Part shown: positions 14,181-26,640 of the stretch, piece after piece
Numbering within the stretch: position 1 is the stretch's first letter
How the letters are laid out: every line of letters begins with the position of its first letter
DNA from: the human T2T-CHM13v2.0 reference genome, Homo sapiens
Assembly: GCF_009914755.1 (NCBI RefSeq)
Contig: NC_060926.1
DNA: 64,000 nt
Direction: 5' to 3' (one strand)
The notes under the pieces: generated by a model
Databases searched by the model: none
Seen by the model: the letters and a program-made list of their open reading frames with translations, nothing else
What the model was told of the DNA's origin: nothing
Position numbers and translations under genes: made by a program

Positions 14181-14239
<59 letters not shown>
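14103..14239. repeat. Compound microsatellite: (CGTATATATATA)~5 + (TG/TA)n + (AG)14
   Basis: CG at 14111, 14123, 14135, 14147 and 14159 (12-bp period). AG run 14212-14239. Confidence 0.97.
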
Positions 14240-14242
<3 letters not shown>

Positions 14243-14939
14243 TTAATCACTGTTTGTGTTGAAAGATTCAACTATCCAGTCCAATCCTTGTTATCCAGCC
14301 CCTCACAGTGAAGTTTTCTCTTTGACATGGTCAGTGCTGTATTCTCACTGTAGGTAACTTGCCAATCAATGTTCTTCCTCTCTGTTACCACAGCAAAAGG
14401 GTAGACATTTCCATTTTGCCAAGCTCTAAAATCCTGTAAAAGCCCTCAGAAGAACTTATTTTATAAACTTGAATATTCCTTACCAATTCTAAGAAAATGC
14501 TTCAAGTTATTGGCAGACTGACAGTCTACAGTCTGGTATTTTTGTTTTTGCTTTTGATTCCCCTGAAATTTTAGCAAAGACTAGCTTTCTATCTTCCGGG
14601 CATTCAAAATCTGCTACAGAACTCCTTCTTGCCAAAGCGGGGGCAGCAGCTGATACCTATATCTACTGGGTTGCAAGCAGTTCATCTGGGATATAAGAAT
14701 TTCAGTTTTGAAAGAAATAAAAGGAAAAGTGTTTTTGCTTGTCGATTATAGCAAAAGTTTTTTTGTTTGTTTGTTTATGGGATGAAGGATAAATCATCCA
14801 ACTGTGTATGCATGCTAACTATATCAAAATACTTCATCCAAAGACTGTATTTTGTCCATTCTTCATTCATCCCTCAGGGAGAAAATGTGTGAGAATCATG
14901 GCAAAGAAAGAAGATTCATGATATTACTTGGACAGTCCA

Positions 14940-15090
14940 CTGTTATAGTGGCTTAGGAGACCATTGGAGTTGAGGCTTGGATGCCTGGGTGTGCTTCTAC
15001 CATAATTTGCACCATTTGGGCAAGCCATGCCATTCACAAGAGCCTTGTTTCTGAAACTATAAAATGAGAAGTTTGCATTGGAGATCCTTC
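14940..15090 (+). mobile_element. MIR fragment
   Basis: ttgggcaagccatgccattcacaagagccttgtttctgaaactataaaatgag resembles the MIR core. Confidence 0.55.
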
Positions 15091-18000
15091 AGTCATAACC
15101 GCAAAAATAGTTGACTATTTCAGTCATAAATGTTATTTAACCAAGTTCTAGTTCTTTACCTCAGGTCCTGTGGGCCTATGCTTTAAAAAAACATCACTAA
15201 ATGATATTTTTTAGATGCTAAATTTGGAGGGTTACTGATATAGTTATTATTTTGGCTACCCATTTTGGAAGGGATATGATGAACAAATTCCACATTTGAA
15301 GAACTAACCTTGCTGGAGTGGCTTAGGCAGCACTGCCCTGTGCCACAAAAGATCCCCAGATGTTGTTGAACTGGGAACCAAGGGTGACTGGGTGATTAAT
15401 TTACTAAAAATGTGAATGCTGGTCTCTTGGGTTGGGAGGTGCTCTGCTTGGGAACAATCTGTTAAAATACAAACATGTTAAGAAAAGCTTCAACAGCTGA
15501 GGGAGGAATATGAATCTGTTGTTCCATTAGAGAAAAGATGAAGTAAGACTCTAGTCCCAGATCAGTGGATCTAATAAACTGTAAAACACAGGCTTAAGCA
15601 AGGCCACATACAGAAAATAAACAAAAATTGTCATGGGTTATGACATGAAAAATCAGATCACATTTTATCAGATAAGGTAGCAGGATACCTTATCTATTTT
15701 TAAATGGCAGTTCTGTGTCATAAGTTATATGCTTCCAGGGCAAAAAGCTTCTTATCCAAGGGATCAGCATCAATTCTAACAGCTTTATCATTATTCAGAC
15801 TAAAATCCCTTTAGCATTGACAGATGGAAGGTTATCCCATTTCATCCTATGTTTATAGAATATTCAATAATATAGCTCCAAATACAAAATCATGAGCACA
15901 ATTTTTTTGTATTAATTCTTCACCCCAAATCTTTATATTATTGTTTTAAATGTCTTCGGTCTACTGCATCCTTAGTACAAATGCAGAAGAACTTAGCACA
16001 GTTCTGCCTGTGAACTTTCCCCTTTTACTCGGCTTTTCTTCCCCAAATTAAATGATGATAGCTCATTTTATTTTTAATTAAATTAATTTCTTGTGCCTAC
16101 TTAATTAATATTATAGGCCTCCCACTAATGGTTTCGTGCATCCATATTGGTTACAGGAAACATGTAATAGCACCAGAGCAGATATACCAACATTTTAAGA
16201 CTTTCTGTCAAAAACCAAACATGTGAAAACAAAAAATCAAAACAAAACCCTTTGAATTTGCCTAGTGAGGGATTTTGAAAAATTTTAAACATAATTCTCA
16301 AGAGAAAACACCTTCTCATGTTTGATATATAGAAATTAAATTCAGTGTTAAATGTCCTTCATCTTAAAGGAAACACTGTGAAAGAACATTATGATGTAAT
16401 ATGCCAATAAAACAAACTTTTTGTTTGCATTTTAACAATGATGATTTTTCAAAAATAGCAAATGATCAGGGTATGATGAATGAAATATCTAAATAATTTT
16501 TCTCTGTTGGGGTTGTACACTTCTAGGGAGTACATAGTATTTACTGTAAATTATCTGAAAGATTACATAAGTAAATAAATAAATAAATACATTCCATGTA
16601 TCTTTTTAGAATTAGAACACAATAATTAACTTTAATACAATTTAAGGTTAAATGGAAGGGTTTTTAAACAGTCAATCAGAGGCTAAGGCCGATGTTGGAA
16701 GAACAAAGGGAGTAGAACTCAGGGGAGGGCCCCTAAGGACCTCAGCCTGCAGTACAGAAACAGATGATTTTTAAGAGCTTTTCTGGAAGCTTCTGAGATT
16801 CTCCAGAACTTCTGGGAAGATTAAAAACAACTATCTTTTCATACTGTAGCTTTACCAATGCTTGACCCTGAGGCCGTTTTGAGTCCCAAGAAGCTGGGAA
16901 ACTTCATCAGCTCTCTGAGGCACCTCTATGCCTGGAAATGGCTTTGAACTTCACATTTTGCCCTTGGCCCAGAGATGCCTTTAAGGAACTGTGCCCTCTC
17001 CTCCATTTCTGCTCTCAAGTCTCACCAAATACCTCTCACTGACAGATTTTAATCTGAATAGGGCCACACAGAAATACTGAATCTGAACCTACATTTCTGA
17101 ATCTCCTCTTCTTCCAGTCTTTCTCCAGTACAACGATAGGGGCAGATTTTCAGGGTGCTCCTGGACACAACATTGAGAAAGAATGGACAATTCTGCCTTT
17201 TTGTTTTCACTGCTCATCACACAAATACAATATTAAACTTATGCAAATGCAATTGAGGCCAACTTCCAATACTTAGCATTTTCTCACTATTGATTCTTCT
17301 TCATTGCTTTTTATTTTCCAGAGTTTGGAATTTTGAAAAGCAAAATTACTTTTAAAACAATATGTATACTATTATTTGTATTGTTACTTTCTATTTCATT
17401 CCCCCCCCTTCTCAATTTAGAATGTGTAAGGCTTAAGTGCGTTTAATGGGGAGATCTCCAGAGACCAATATCCGAGATCACATGCCTCTTCCATAGGAAG
17501 TTGCAATGTCCAGGGGATGGGGTGAGCAGACTCAATTAGATTAAAATATAATGGGCCTAGTTTATTTTATATAGAAATGAGTTTAGAAAACAAGAAAAAT
17601 GAGCCAGAGACCATGAGTATTATTCTGCCGTGTGTCCATAGACTATCTGAAACTACTTCAAAAAGCTATGAAAAGTTTAGTTGAAATAGAAATACAAGCA
17701 ACCCATGTGAGAAACTGTAGAGCTCCTAAATATTTTAGAAACGTTCTCTCAAATAAAAGTCACATAAAGTGTTCACAGCCAGATATTACTTTTGGTTTGA
17801 ATTGTTTTAAGACGGATAAAAAATGCCCACCTCTTCACAAAATTATAACTGCCAAGCCAGTGCATCACTTAACTGGTGGAGAATGCAATAAATGGGTGAC
17901 AGAAACACACAGGGGGTTTGCTAATGACTGGGATACTAAGCTTCCTGGCAGAATTCCATCCAGGTTTGTAGTGACTAAATATTATTAACAGCAAAATTCC

Positions 18001-19123
18001 TATGTGAGGGTTCTATGCTTTATGAGTTATTGGTTTCTCAGTCTTCCCTGAGGGGGACATGATAAAGGCGTTACAGAGCTGATGACCTCTGCGGTCTTCC
18101 TAAGGGAAAGATTAAACATTCAAGAATAATGTTCTTTCCTCCCTGGGTTGCAGTGACGTGGTACAGTTTTCAATAATTGCCACTTGACTAAAATAAGGAC
18201 AAAATACCAGTAACCCAGGCACAGAAAGAACTGCATTCAACACAGCACTTTCATGAGAAGAGTAAGTGTGGGAGCAGGGACACCACTGTGCTGCGGTGGA
18301 GGAAAATTATCTTAGTGTCAGCACTGCTATGTTAAGAAACTGAGGCCTAAAATTCTTCCACTGAAGGATGTTTGCCCAGATTAAACTGTTGCACACTTCA
18401 CTAGCCTTTAGGAAAAGTCCAATTAAATGAAAATAAATAGTAAAAGAAGGAAAGAAAAAGAATAATTCTATTTTTAGTAGAATATTATCCCTAAATGTTA
18501 GATTAATGGATTAGTGGCATGAAGCTTTCTTACCATTAGTAACCTGTAACTTAAGTAAGTTTTTAAACTTTCTGCAAGGATAAAATTCATATGAATAAAA
18601 TTAAAATGGAGGCAATATAGAAAAATATTAATGAGAAGATTATTTTACAAAATTTGAAGGCATTAAACAAGACATATATGCACTTAAAGTTTTGGATGGT
18701 GAAACTCTCTGTGTCTTGGAACTGACTTTTTTTTCTTGACATTTCCTATGAAAGATGGAATGAAGGGTTAAGAATTTGCCATCAACATTCCAAGGAAGGG
18801 CCAGATAGAAAAATATAAGCCATTCATATTTTGGACTCAGAGTATTTCATTAGAACAGAGAAACAATATGATTAACTTCCTGAAATTTAGCAAAAATCCG
18901 AAATACATCCGGTAAACTCTTTATGTTTTTTCTATGAGAGAGTGGCACTAGCATTTGAGACAGACTCTATAGAAGGATCCTTGAGATTTGGAAAAATACA
19001 GGTAAAATAAATTGCAAAGCTCTATATATCCTAGTGTATTGCTATAGAAATGGAAGTTTTTGCTTTTGTTGCAATTATGATGAGAATATTCTGCCCTATT
19101 CAATCAAAACACTGACCTTTACA

Positions 19124-19557
19124 TGTTAGTATAAAATAAATGATAGAAAATAAAAATAGGAATCTGACTTCAGTTTTGGATATCTGACTGCCAACAGCTT
19201 TTAAAACTCACTCTTCCTTCTTTCCCTTGTGCCCCACATCTGAGGAAGGTATATAAACCCCTTATGTTCCTTCCTTTGGCACCACTATGAGATTTATACC
19301 ATGCCAGCCCCCACTTGTATGTGGGAATTCTCACAGGGTCCAACTGCCAGTCACAATTAAACCCAGGCCAGTCTTCTCTCTTTGCTCTCTGAAGCCATAC
19401 TGGAGCTGTTGAGATGCCAGTCTTATTCTCCCAGAGACCTCAATTGTGTCAGTAATAAAACTTTTCATACTCTTTGGGTGTATGTGGCATCATCAGTCTT
19501 GATATCTAAACCAAATTTGGGGTAGAAATCAATCTGCTTCTGCAGGTAACAATAACA
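19124..19557 (+). mobile_element. ERV1-class solo LTR (MER90/MER92-like, family uncertain)
   Basis: TG...CA ends (tgttagtataaaataaa...aataaca), gtaataaaac poly(A) signal, tgactgccaacagctt and gccccacatctg motifs. Confidence 0.55.
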
Positions 19558-20054
19558 ATAAAATTATCAGCTCTAGCTTGACTTCGGTAGATTTTTCTTC
19601 ACATAAAATTTGAGGGTCCTTAATAAGAGGGGTTATGAAATAACAAGGCATAGCAGTGATGAGAGAAACCTAAAAATGGATGAAAATTCAGGAATTTATT
19701 ATGTTCCATTGAATCCAAGATACAACTTTTGTCCACAATTATCTTAAATCTGTCCTATAATCAATTATAACAAACAATTATAATAGCATATTTTTCCCTA
19801 GTGGTACATATATGTATGGTACATTAAAAAAATTAGTAACACATTAGTTTTCATGATATTTGAAGAAGACCTGCCCTTTCAGCAGAGAGAGTCTATGTGG
19901 AGTCAGACAGGGTTTAGCTAATAGTTTGGAGCTATATGAACTCTGTACGTATTTCTGAATTGGTTCAGAACTCAGAGAGAGAAGGAATAAATTTGACCTA
20001 CAGAAACTCAAAGGCATGAATTTTCTACTGTGGCTAAATAGCTCTACATTGATA

Positions 20055-20705
20055 CATTAGCATTCCTCAAACTCAACATGTGTGAAAACAGACTCCTCTA
20101 CTTGAAATTGCTTCTCCCTTTTGGGCACATGTGATCTTCTACTGTAGTAATATAAAAATCTCTATTTATTACCATCACTCAGAAAGCAAGCATTAACATT
20201 ATGGTCCTAATGGTAAGAATTACTAAAATGTATTCCTTTTTTCCCCCATAAAACCTTGTTGAGGTCCTAATTATTGTACACTTAAGACAGCATTTCCATT
20301 CTAGCTGGTCTGTGTGCCCTTTTAACTTAACTGTTCAATTCCACCCTCTACCACCAGTTAGTTTTCTCAAAGCTTTGATTGTTCCCCTTTCTCACCAATG
20401 AGTGCATGTCAAGATTCAAGCTCAGCATCAGTTTTAAAAGTCTCTCAAAATCTGACCCTGGGTGTTCCCAAGTTTATTTCCATGGACACTCCCTCTTGAC
20501 TTTTTTTTGCAACTATTAAGTTCATTATTTAACTACAATGTTATTCAATTTTTCACACCTTGATCCTGTCACTCTCTCTTCTGTAATTTCCTTCATTGAC
20601 TTGGATTATTTATATATATTTCCTATTACATGGTGAGCCTTCAGAAATGAAGACCAAGATTTCAACAACAGAGGATTTGCTAATAAATGTCAATTGAATT
20701 GAGCT
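20055..20705 (+). mobile_element. L2 fragment
   Basis: cattcctcaaactcaacatgtgtgaaaacagactc ... ataaatgtcaattgaattga (L2 3' end). Confidence 0.55.
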
Positions 20706-21034
20706 AAGTATCAGGCATTTACGTACTGACGTTGACAGGTTTGTCTAAACCCATATACAGACTAAGCTGTGTTGTTTAATTCAGGGTCAGCAGACAGGTT
20801 CCAATTCATGGCTTATGATAGTGTTTGAATAGTAGCCAATTTGAGTATTGCAATGGGAAACAACCCAGTCTCTATCAGAATGCAAATGGAAAATAATGTC
20901 ATTCTCAGTTATTTCTATGGGCTATCAGTGCAGAGTTGGTGAATGGGGTGGCCTTGCTACTTACATTTTTATCTTTGCTAAAAAAATCTATAATATGTTG
21001 GCAGAACAGTTTTCCTATTCATTATATCATTTTA

Positions 21035-22680
21035 TTTTTTCTTTCAACATATGTGCATTGAATGTTTATTCTTTGCCAACCACATTTTCTGTAGCCACAG
21101 TGGATAAGACAGCCAGGCCTAAGCTCTGGGTGGGCTTATAATTGAATGTTGTCAGAGACAAATAGTACAAAATGAGCAAATATATGAGAAAAAGAATTTC
21201 AGACTGTGGTAAATACTATAAAGGGCTTCACTAAAAGGTGATATAATGCATTTATGCATGGTTTGGTATTAATTTGATTGTGTAAACCAAGATACTCTGA
21301 GGAGATACATTTATGATGAGACTTGAGAGACTAGAAGGATCTAGCAATGTGAATATTTGGGATCAGTGGCTCTCAGGGAGAAGGAACAGTAGATGCAAAG
21401 ACATGAAAACCAGAACAAAATTAATTTTTTAAAAACAGAAAGAAGGCTGCTTATCTAGAAAAGATGAAATTTACAGAATAAGAAATATCTTGCCAAAAAT
21501 TACTAGTGGATAAATAGGTAGGCTTCAAATCAGACAGGGCCCTGAAAGCCATAATAACAAGTTTTGATTTGATTCTAATTGCAAACAAGAAGGAGTGTTT
21601 AAGAACCTATTGAAGGTAAGATATAAAGTAGCTTGAATTAGAATAGTGAGACTGTAATTTAAAAACTGTGGAACCATACAGGGCATGCCTAATTTTGAAA
21701 TTAGACATGATTATCTTGTTGATGGGTTGCTTGTATTTGTCATGTGTAGTATGTGCTGTGTATGGAGGGGTTATTTAGGGTTGGGTATGAGACACATAAA
21801 AAGCAGTGATAATCCTAGTTTTTTGCTTAATGGATAGATGATTGGAGAGGCAGCTTTAGAGATGAAAAATCAAGAATTCAATTTTGCCTTTCAGAAATTT
21901 AATTAGAAATCTCATGGAAGCCATTAAAGATGATGATGGAGAACACAGAGGGAAAGCTGAAGTTATGGATTTGAAGTCATATTTATACAAAAGCTCTTTA
22001 AAGCCTTGCAAGTCAGTGAATTCCCTTGAAGTGTGTGCATATATGACCCCACATCAAACTCAACCATACTCAAAAGCTATCCACTGAAAAAATATCAGTC
22101 TACTGAGAAAATAATTTCAATGAAAGAGACAGAAAATGGACAGCTGCTAAAGTTAGAGGAAGACTCTGACTGTGTGGTCTTATGGAATCCATTAGGAAAA
22201 GTTATTTCTAAATGAGTACATGAGTATCAATGTCACATAGGATGAGAAGAAAACGATACTTGGAATTGACAAAATGTAGGTCGTTGATAAACTCTACAAG
22301 TACTATACTGTGCAACTGGGGAAATAGAACCCAATTAGACATTTTCAGGGCAATGATAGAACACAAAAATGAAGGAAGTGACCATTGTCAACTCTCTTAA
22401 GACATTTTCTGGGAAGTAGAGCAGATAATTATAGTAATAGCTGAAGGTGAACATGAGATCAAGGGAGGAGATTTTGTGGGTGTCTTCTTTTAATTATTTT
22501 TAGTGAAATACACTAGGGCATGCCTGTTTTCTGAAGGAATGCCTGAGATAGGAAGAGTACAAGGGATTTTTTACAGGAATAAATCTTTTAGAAGGAAGAT
22601 AAGAGAGACTGGTCTTCCTATAAGCAGGAAAAATTACTCTATTATAGTAAGAAAAAATGTAGAGTTGATGATTACAGATG
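21035..22680 (-). mobile_element. L2 (L2a-like), about 1.6 kb, antisense
   Basis: Starts ttcaacatatgtgcattgaatgtttattctttgccaac (L2 3' end) and continues with purine-rich L2 body motifs (aatcaagaattcaattttg, gaagtgaccattgtcaactct). Confidence 0.7.
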
Positions 22681-23357
22681 AAATTAGGTTGGAGATTTCA
22701 TTTTAACAAAATGAGTTAGAATATATTTTTAAAACTTTAGTTTTTCCAGTGATATCAATTTTCACATATAACAGAAAGATGAATCATCCAAAGTAGAAAC
22801 TTTTATTTCATTTTTATGTTTGTCTTCAAGCAGCAAAACTATTGATCAATAGTGCTTTCTTTTTGTTATTGTAAATTATATTCCAACACTAGCCCTATCA
22901 CTACTTTGATATGTGGTTCTTATTTCTGAAATGAGAAGATGAACAAGGAAGACTAAAACAATCCTTTTGTCTCTTAAAGTTTAGGTATTTATTGTAGAAA
23001 ATTTGGCCACAATATATTTACTGAAACTGACCAGAACCTTAGTTTTTTAACTGTGGAGTTTTAGTCCTAAAATTATTCTTTTTCTTGTAGTCAGAATCAT
23101 GAAACTTAAATGCCATTACCACACAATCATATCCAAGTAAGATGTTTTAAAATGTAAACAGTATTTACATGTGCTCAAAATAAAAATGGTTTGAGACAAC
23201 CAGATATAATTCTATTTCAGAGTAATCCTGTTTGCTTCTGCATAACTTTTGTATTTAACATATATTGCTAAAATTATCAATTCCATTTCAAGTGCATTGA
23301 TCAGTTAAATATGATTTGCAGTCATTCTGTTATTGTACCCTATGCTAAAGTTTAAAT

Positions 23358-23895
<538 letters not shown>

Positions 23896-24771
23896 TTCAG
23901 GTGGTATTTCCTTCCCCTTCCTCTTCCCATACTTATCCCCCCATCCCAATCCTTCTTCTCCTCTTTTTATCTAAAGCAATGAGGAAAATACATGATTTTG
24001 CTGGAGGCTGTAAGTCTAAAATGCCTTCAGTTAAAAGGGATTATATGGGGTGCTTATTGGAAACACTTATGAAAATTATAAAATAATTTATATTGCATAA
24101 TTTTTATAACAATTTAATTTAATTTGTATTTATAAAATAATATATAAGATATTCTCTGGAATAGCTCAGACCAGTTAGAAATCTTGTGAATATTTTCATC
24201 ATTCAGTGAGGACATACCTACATAATATCAATGTCATCATTGTCAGTTAAGTCTGACTACATTGACTTCCTGCAACGGTAAATAAATTCCTGAAATCAGT
24301 ACTATTTTTACTCCAATCACTGTAAAACATAGGTGGGCACACGTCTGCAAACATTTATTGCTCTGTGTTGCCGGTAGAGTTTAGTGAATTTGAAGGTTGT
24401 TTCCATGACAAATTATGGATATTAGGTAAGAATTAGTTGCTACATAGACAGACATTAGTCTAAAAACATGTCTCAGTAAAACCATTAAAGGATGCTAGTT
24501 AATTAAAAAAGAAAGACAAACATTTCTGATGGAAAATACTGAACATTTTGACCTTTTAATTTTAAAAAATGCTTTGTATGAAGCTGAACTGAGAATGACT
24601 ATGTGGGGCATATATTGTAGATTTACTGTGTGGATCCCACTTTTAAGCAACTTTCTTTTACTAATTCTTTTACTACTCTGTCACAAATACAATTTTCTAT
24701 AACCACTCAGACCTCTAGTTTTGGAGGGCTACATTTACTATTGCCTACTCCATTTTATTTCCTCCAAAGAT

Positions 24772-24881
24772 TAACTCTGCTAATTATAGATGATGAGTCA
24801 GGTTGAGACATATAATGAGTCTGGTTGAGACAACCAGATATAATTCTATTTCAGAGTTATAGATAACTCTGCTAATTATAG
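24772..24881. repeat. Complex insertion: 18-bp direct repeats enclosing a short tandem duplication and a 33-bp copy of 23191-23223
   Basis: taactctgctaattatag at 24772-24789 and 24864-24881. ttgagacaaccagatataattctatttcagagt at 24825-24857 is identical to 23191-23223. Confidence 0.9.
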
Positions 24882-25049
24882 TGGTGATTAGTCAGGAAAA
24901 ATTGTACTTAGGAGGTATATATCATTAATAATATACTATATTTTATTCTTCTCTGATACCAAAATAAAGATTCACTTAAACCACCATTCTAAACAGAGGT
25001 ATGCTGCCTTCAAAAGGACCAATAGTATCTTTAAGACAAGATAAACTTG

Positions 25050-25050
<1 letters not shown>

Positions 25051-25081
<31 letters not shown>

Positions 25082-25127
25082 TCATATATATATATACATG
25101 CACATGTATACAGATACATGTATATAT
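25051..25127. repeat. (CA)n followed by a TA-rich microsatellite
   Basis: Seen directly. Confidence 0.92.
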
Positions 25128-25248
25128 CTGAAAGTAGGAGTGGATCTGAGAGTTATTGTTCTATTCTTCCAGCTCTATATTGATTCTACATATGTTTCTA
25201 CAGGTTAAATCAAATTGATTTGGCAATTTTGGAATAATACAAGATTAG

Positions 25249-25603
25249 CGATATGGTTTGGCTGTGTCCCCACACAAATCTCATCTTGAATTTTAGCTCC
25301 CATAATTCCCACATATTGTGGGAGGATCCTTGTGGGAGATAATTGATTCAAGGGGATGGTTTCCAGTTCTCATGGTAGTGAATAAGTCTCACGAAATCTG
25401 ATGATTTTATAAGGGGTTTCCCCTTTCTCTTGGCTCTCATTCTGTCTTGCCTGCTGCCATGTAAGATGTGCCTTTTGCCATCTGATATGATTGTCAGGCC
25501 TCCTCAGCCACGTGGAACTGTGAGTCCATTAAACCTCTTTTTATTTATAAATTACCCATTTTCAGGTATGTCTTTATCAGTAGTATGAAAACAGGATAAT
25601 ATA
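25249..25603 (+). mobile_element. THE1 (B/C-like) MaLR solo LTR
   Basis: cgatatggtttggctgtgtcccc...gtggaactgtgagtccattaaacctc...ggataatata. 5-bp TSD ATTAG at 25244-25248 and 25604-25608. Confidence 0.95.
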
Positions 25604-25848
25604 ATTAGAATATCTGAATATAGGGCCAAATCTAGAGAAAGTATTCTAAAGGCAAATTCACAAATCCTTTCTCTGGTAGCTAAAAGAAAATTATCTGATA
25701 ATTGCAAATGCTTGCAGAACAATATTTCTCAAGATCAAATTCTTCGTCAAATAAATCCCTCTTACATATCATTAACAACAAAACGAAAAAATACCATTTT
25801 TATAATTTTAATAAAACAATAAAAGTTTAAAGATAAATATTTTTAAAA

Positions 25849-26368
25849 CGTGTGTTTCCAAAATGGTGGCAGTGATGCAAGAGGGTACGCTGAGCAGCAC
25901 CTATGACAGTGTGGGCAAGAAGGGCTTTAAAGTGAAAAAGTGGAATGCAGTAACCCTCTGGGCTGTGATATTGTGCTTGGTAACTGTGCCATCTGCAAGA
26001 ACCACATTATGGATCTTTTTTGCATAGAATGTCAAGCTAACCAAGTGTCTGCTACTTCTGAAGAGTATACCATCTTATGGGGCATGTGTAACCATACTTT
26101 TCACTTCCACTGCATCTGTCACTGGATCAGAACACCACAGGTATGTCCATTGGACAACAAAGAGTGAGAATTCCAAAAGTATGGGCACTAGAAAAAGACA
26201 TCTTCCATTAAGTTTAACTATTTCGTTATTCATTAATGATTTTCCCTCCTGTCACCTAATTTTAAATTAGATAGAACTGTGTCTTTTCTGCTTTGTCTTT
26301 TCAATTTGCTGTTTCTACAACCATATTATATTCTGTGTCAAATAAAGTCCACTTGGATTCTAGAAAAA
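25849..26368 (+). pseudogene. RBX1: Processed pseudogene of RBX1/ROC1 (RING-box protein 1)
   Basis: Intronless copy with 5'UTR gtgtgtttccaaaATG (25863), KKWNAV-LW, RING-H2 segment [19 protein letters not shown]...CNH-FHFHCI...VCPLDN, ancestral stop TAG 26189-26191, RBX1-like 3'UTR, AATAAA 26341 and a short A remnant. Lesions: 1-nt deletion at about codon 34-35, 3-nt insertion after L52, C68Y, W101->TGA (26165). Degenerate TSD aaatatttttaaaac / atgtatttttagaac. Confidence 0.96.
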
Positions 26369-26384
26369 GGAATGTATTTTTAGA

Positions 26385-26640
26385 ACTGCCATCTTAAAAA
26401 TATTCAGTCTTCTAACAGATGAATATGATGTGTCTCTTCATTTATTTAGATCCTGAATTTTGGTTGTCAATGTTTTATAGTTTTCAGTATACAGATATTA
26501 TACTTTGGTTAAATGTGTTCCTATTTGATTCTTATTGATTATACTGTATATGGAATTGTCTATGTTATATTAAGATTGCTCAGTTTTATGTTATTGAAAC
26601 ATAATTTTATTAATTTTGTGTCCTGTGACCTTGTTAAACT
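26385..26640 (-). mobile_element. Old L1M ORF2 fragment
   Basis: gccatcttaaaaatattcagtcttctaacagatgaatatgatgtgtctcttcatttatttagatc; aatgttttatagttttcagtatacagat; tcctgtgaccttgttaaact. Confidence 0.75.

Noticed and set aside
14044-14311. Overlapping IYIR/YTYI repeat ORFs on both strands
   Set aside because: Artefact of a stop-free microsatellite.
15670-15695. Hairpin agataaggta-gcagga-taccttatct with two GATA sites
   Set aside because: A 10-bp stem is expected by chance in 64 kb of AT-rich DNA.
16680-17140. GC-richer island that might be an old LTR or regulatory element
   Set aside because: I could not recognise a family, termini or TSD, so it is left unannotated.
17632-17988. 118-aa ORF in apparently unique sequence
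   Set aside because: Non-ATG start, no recognisable domain, no supporting splice structure, and a length compatible with chance.
25940-26167. 75-aa RING ORF as an intact gene
   Set aside because: GTG start inside a frameshifted retrocopy, with C68Y and a premature stop.
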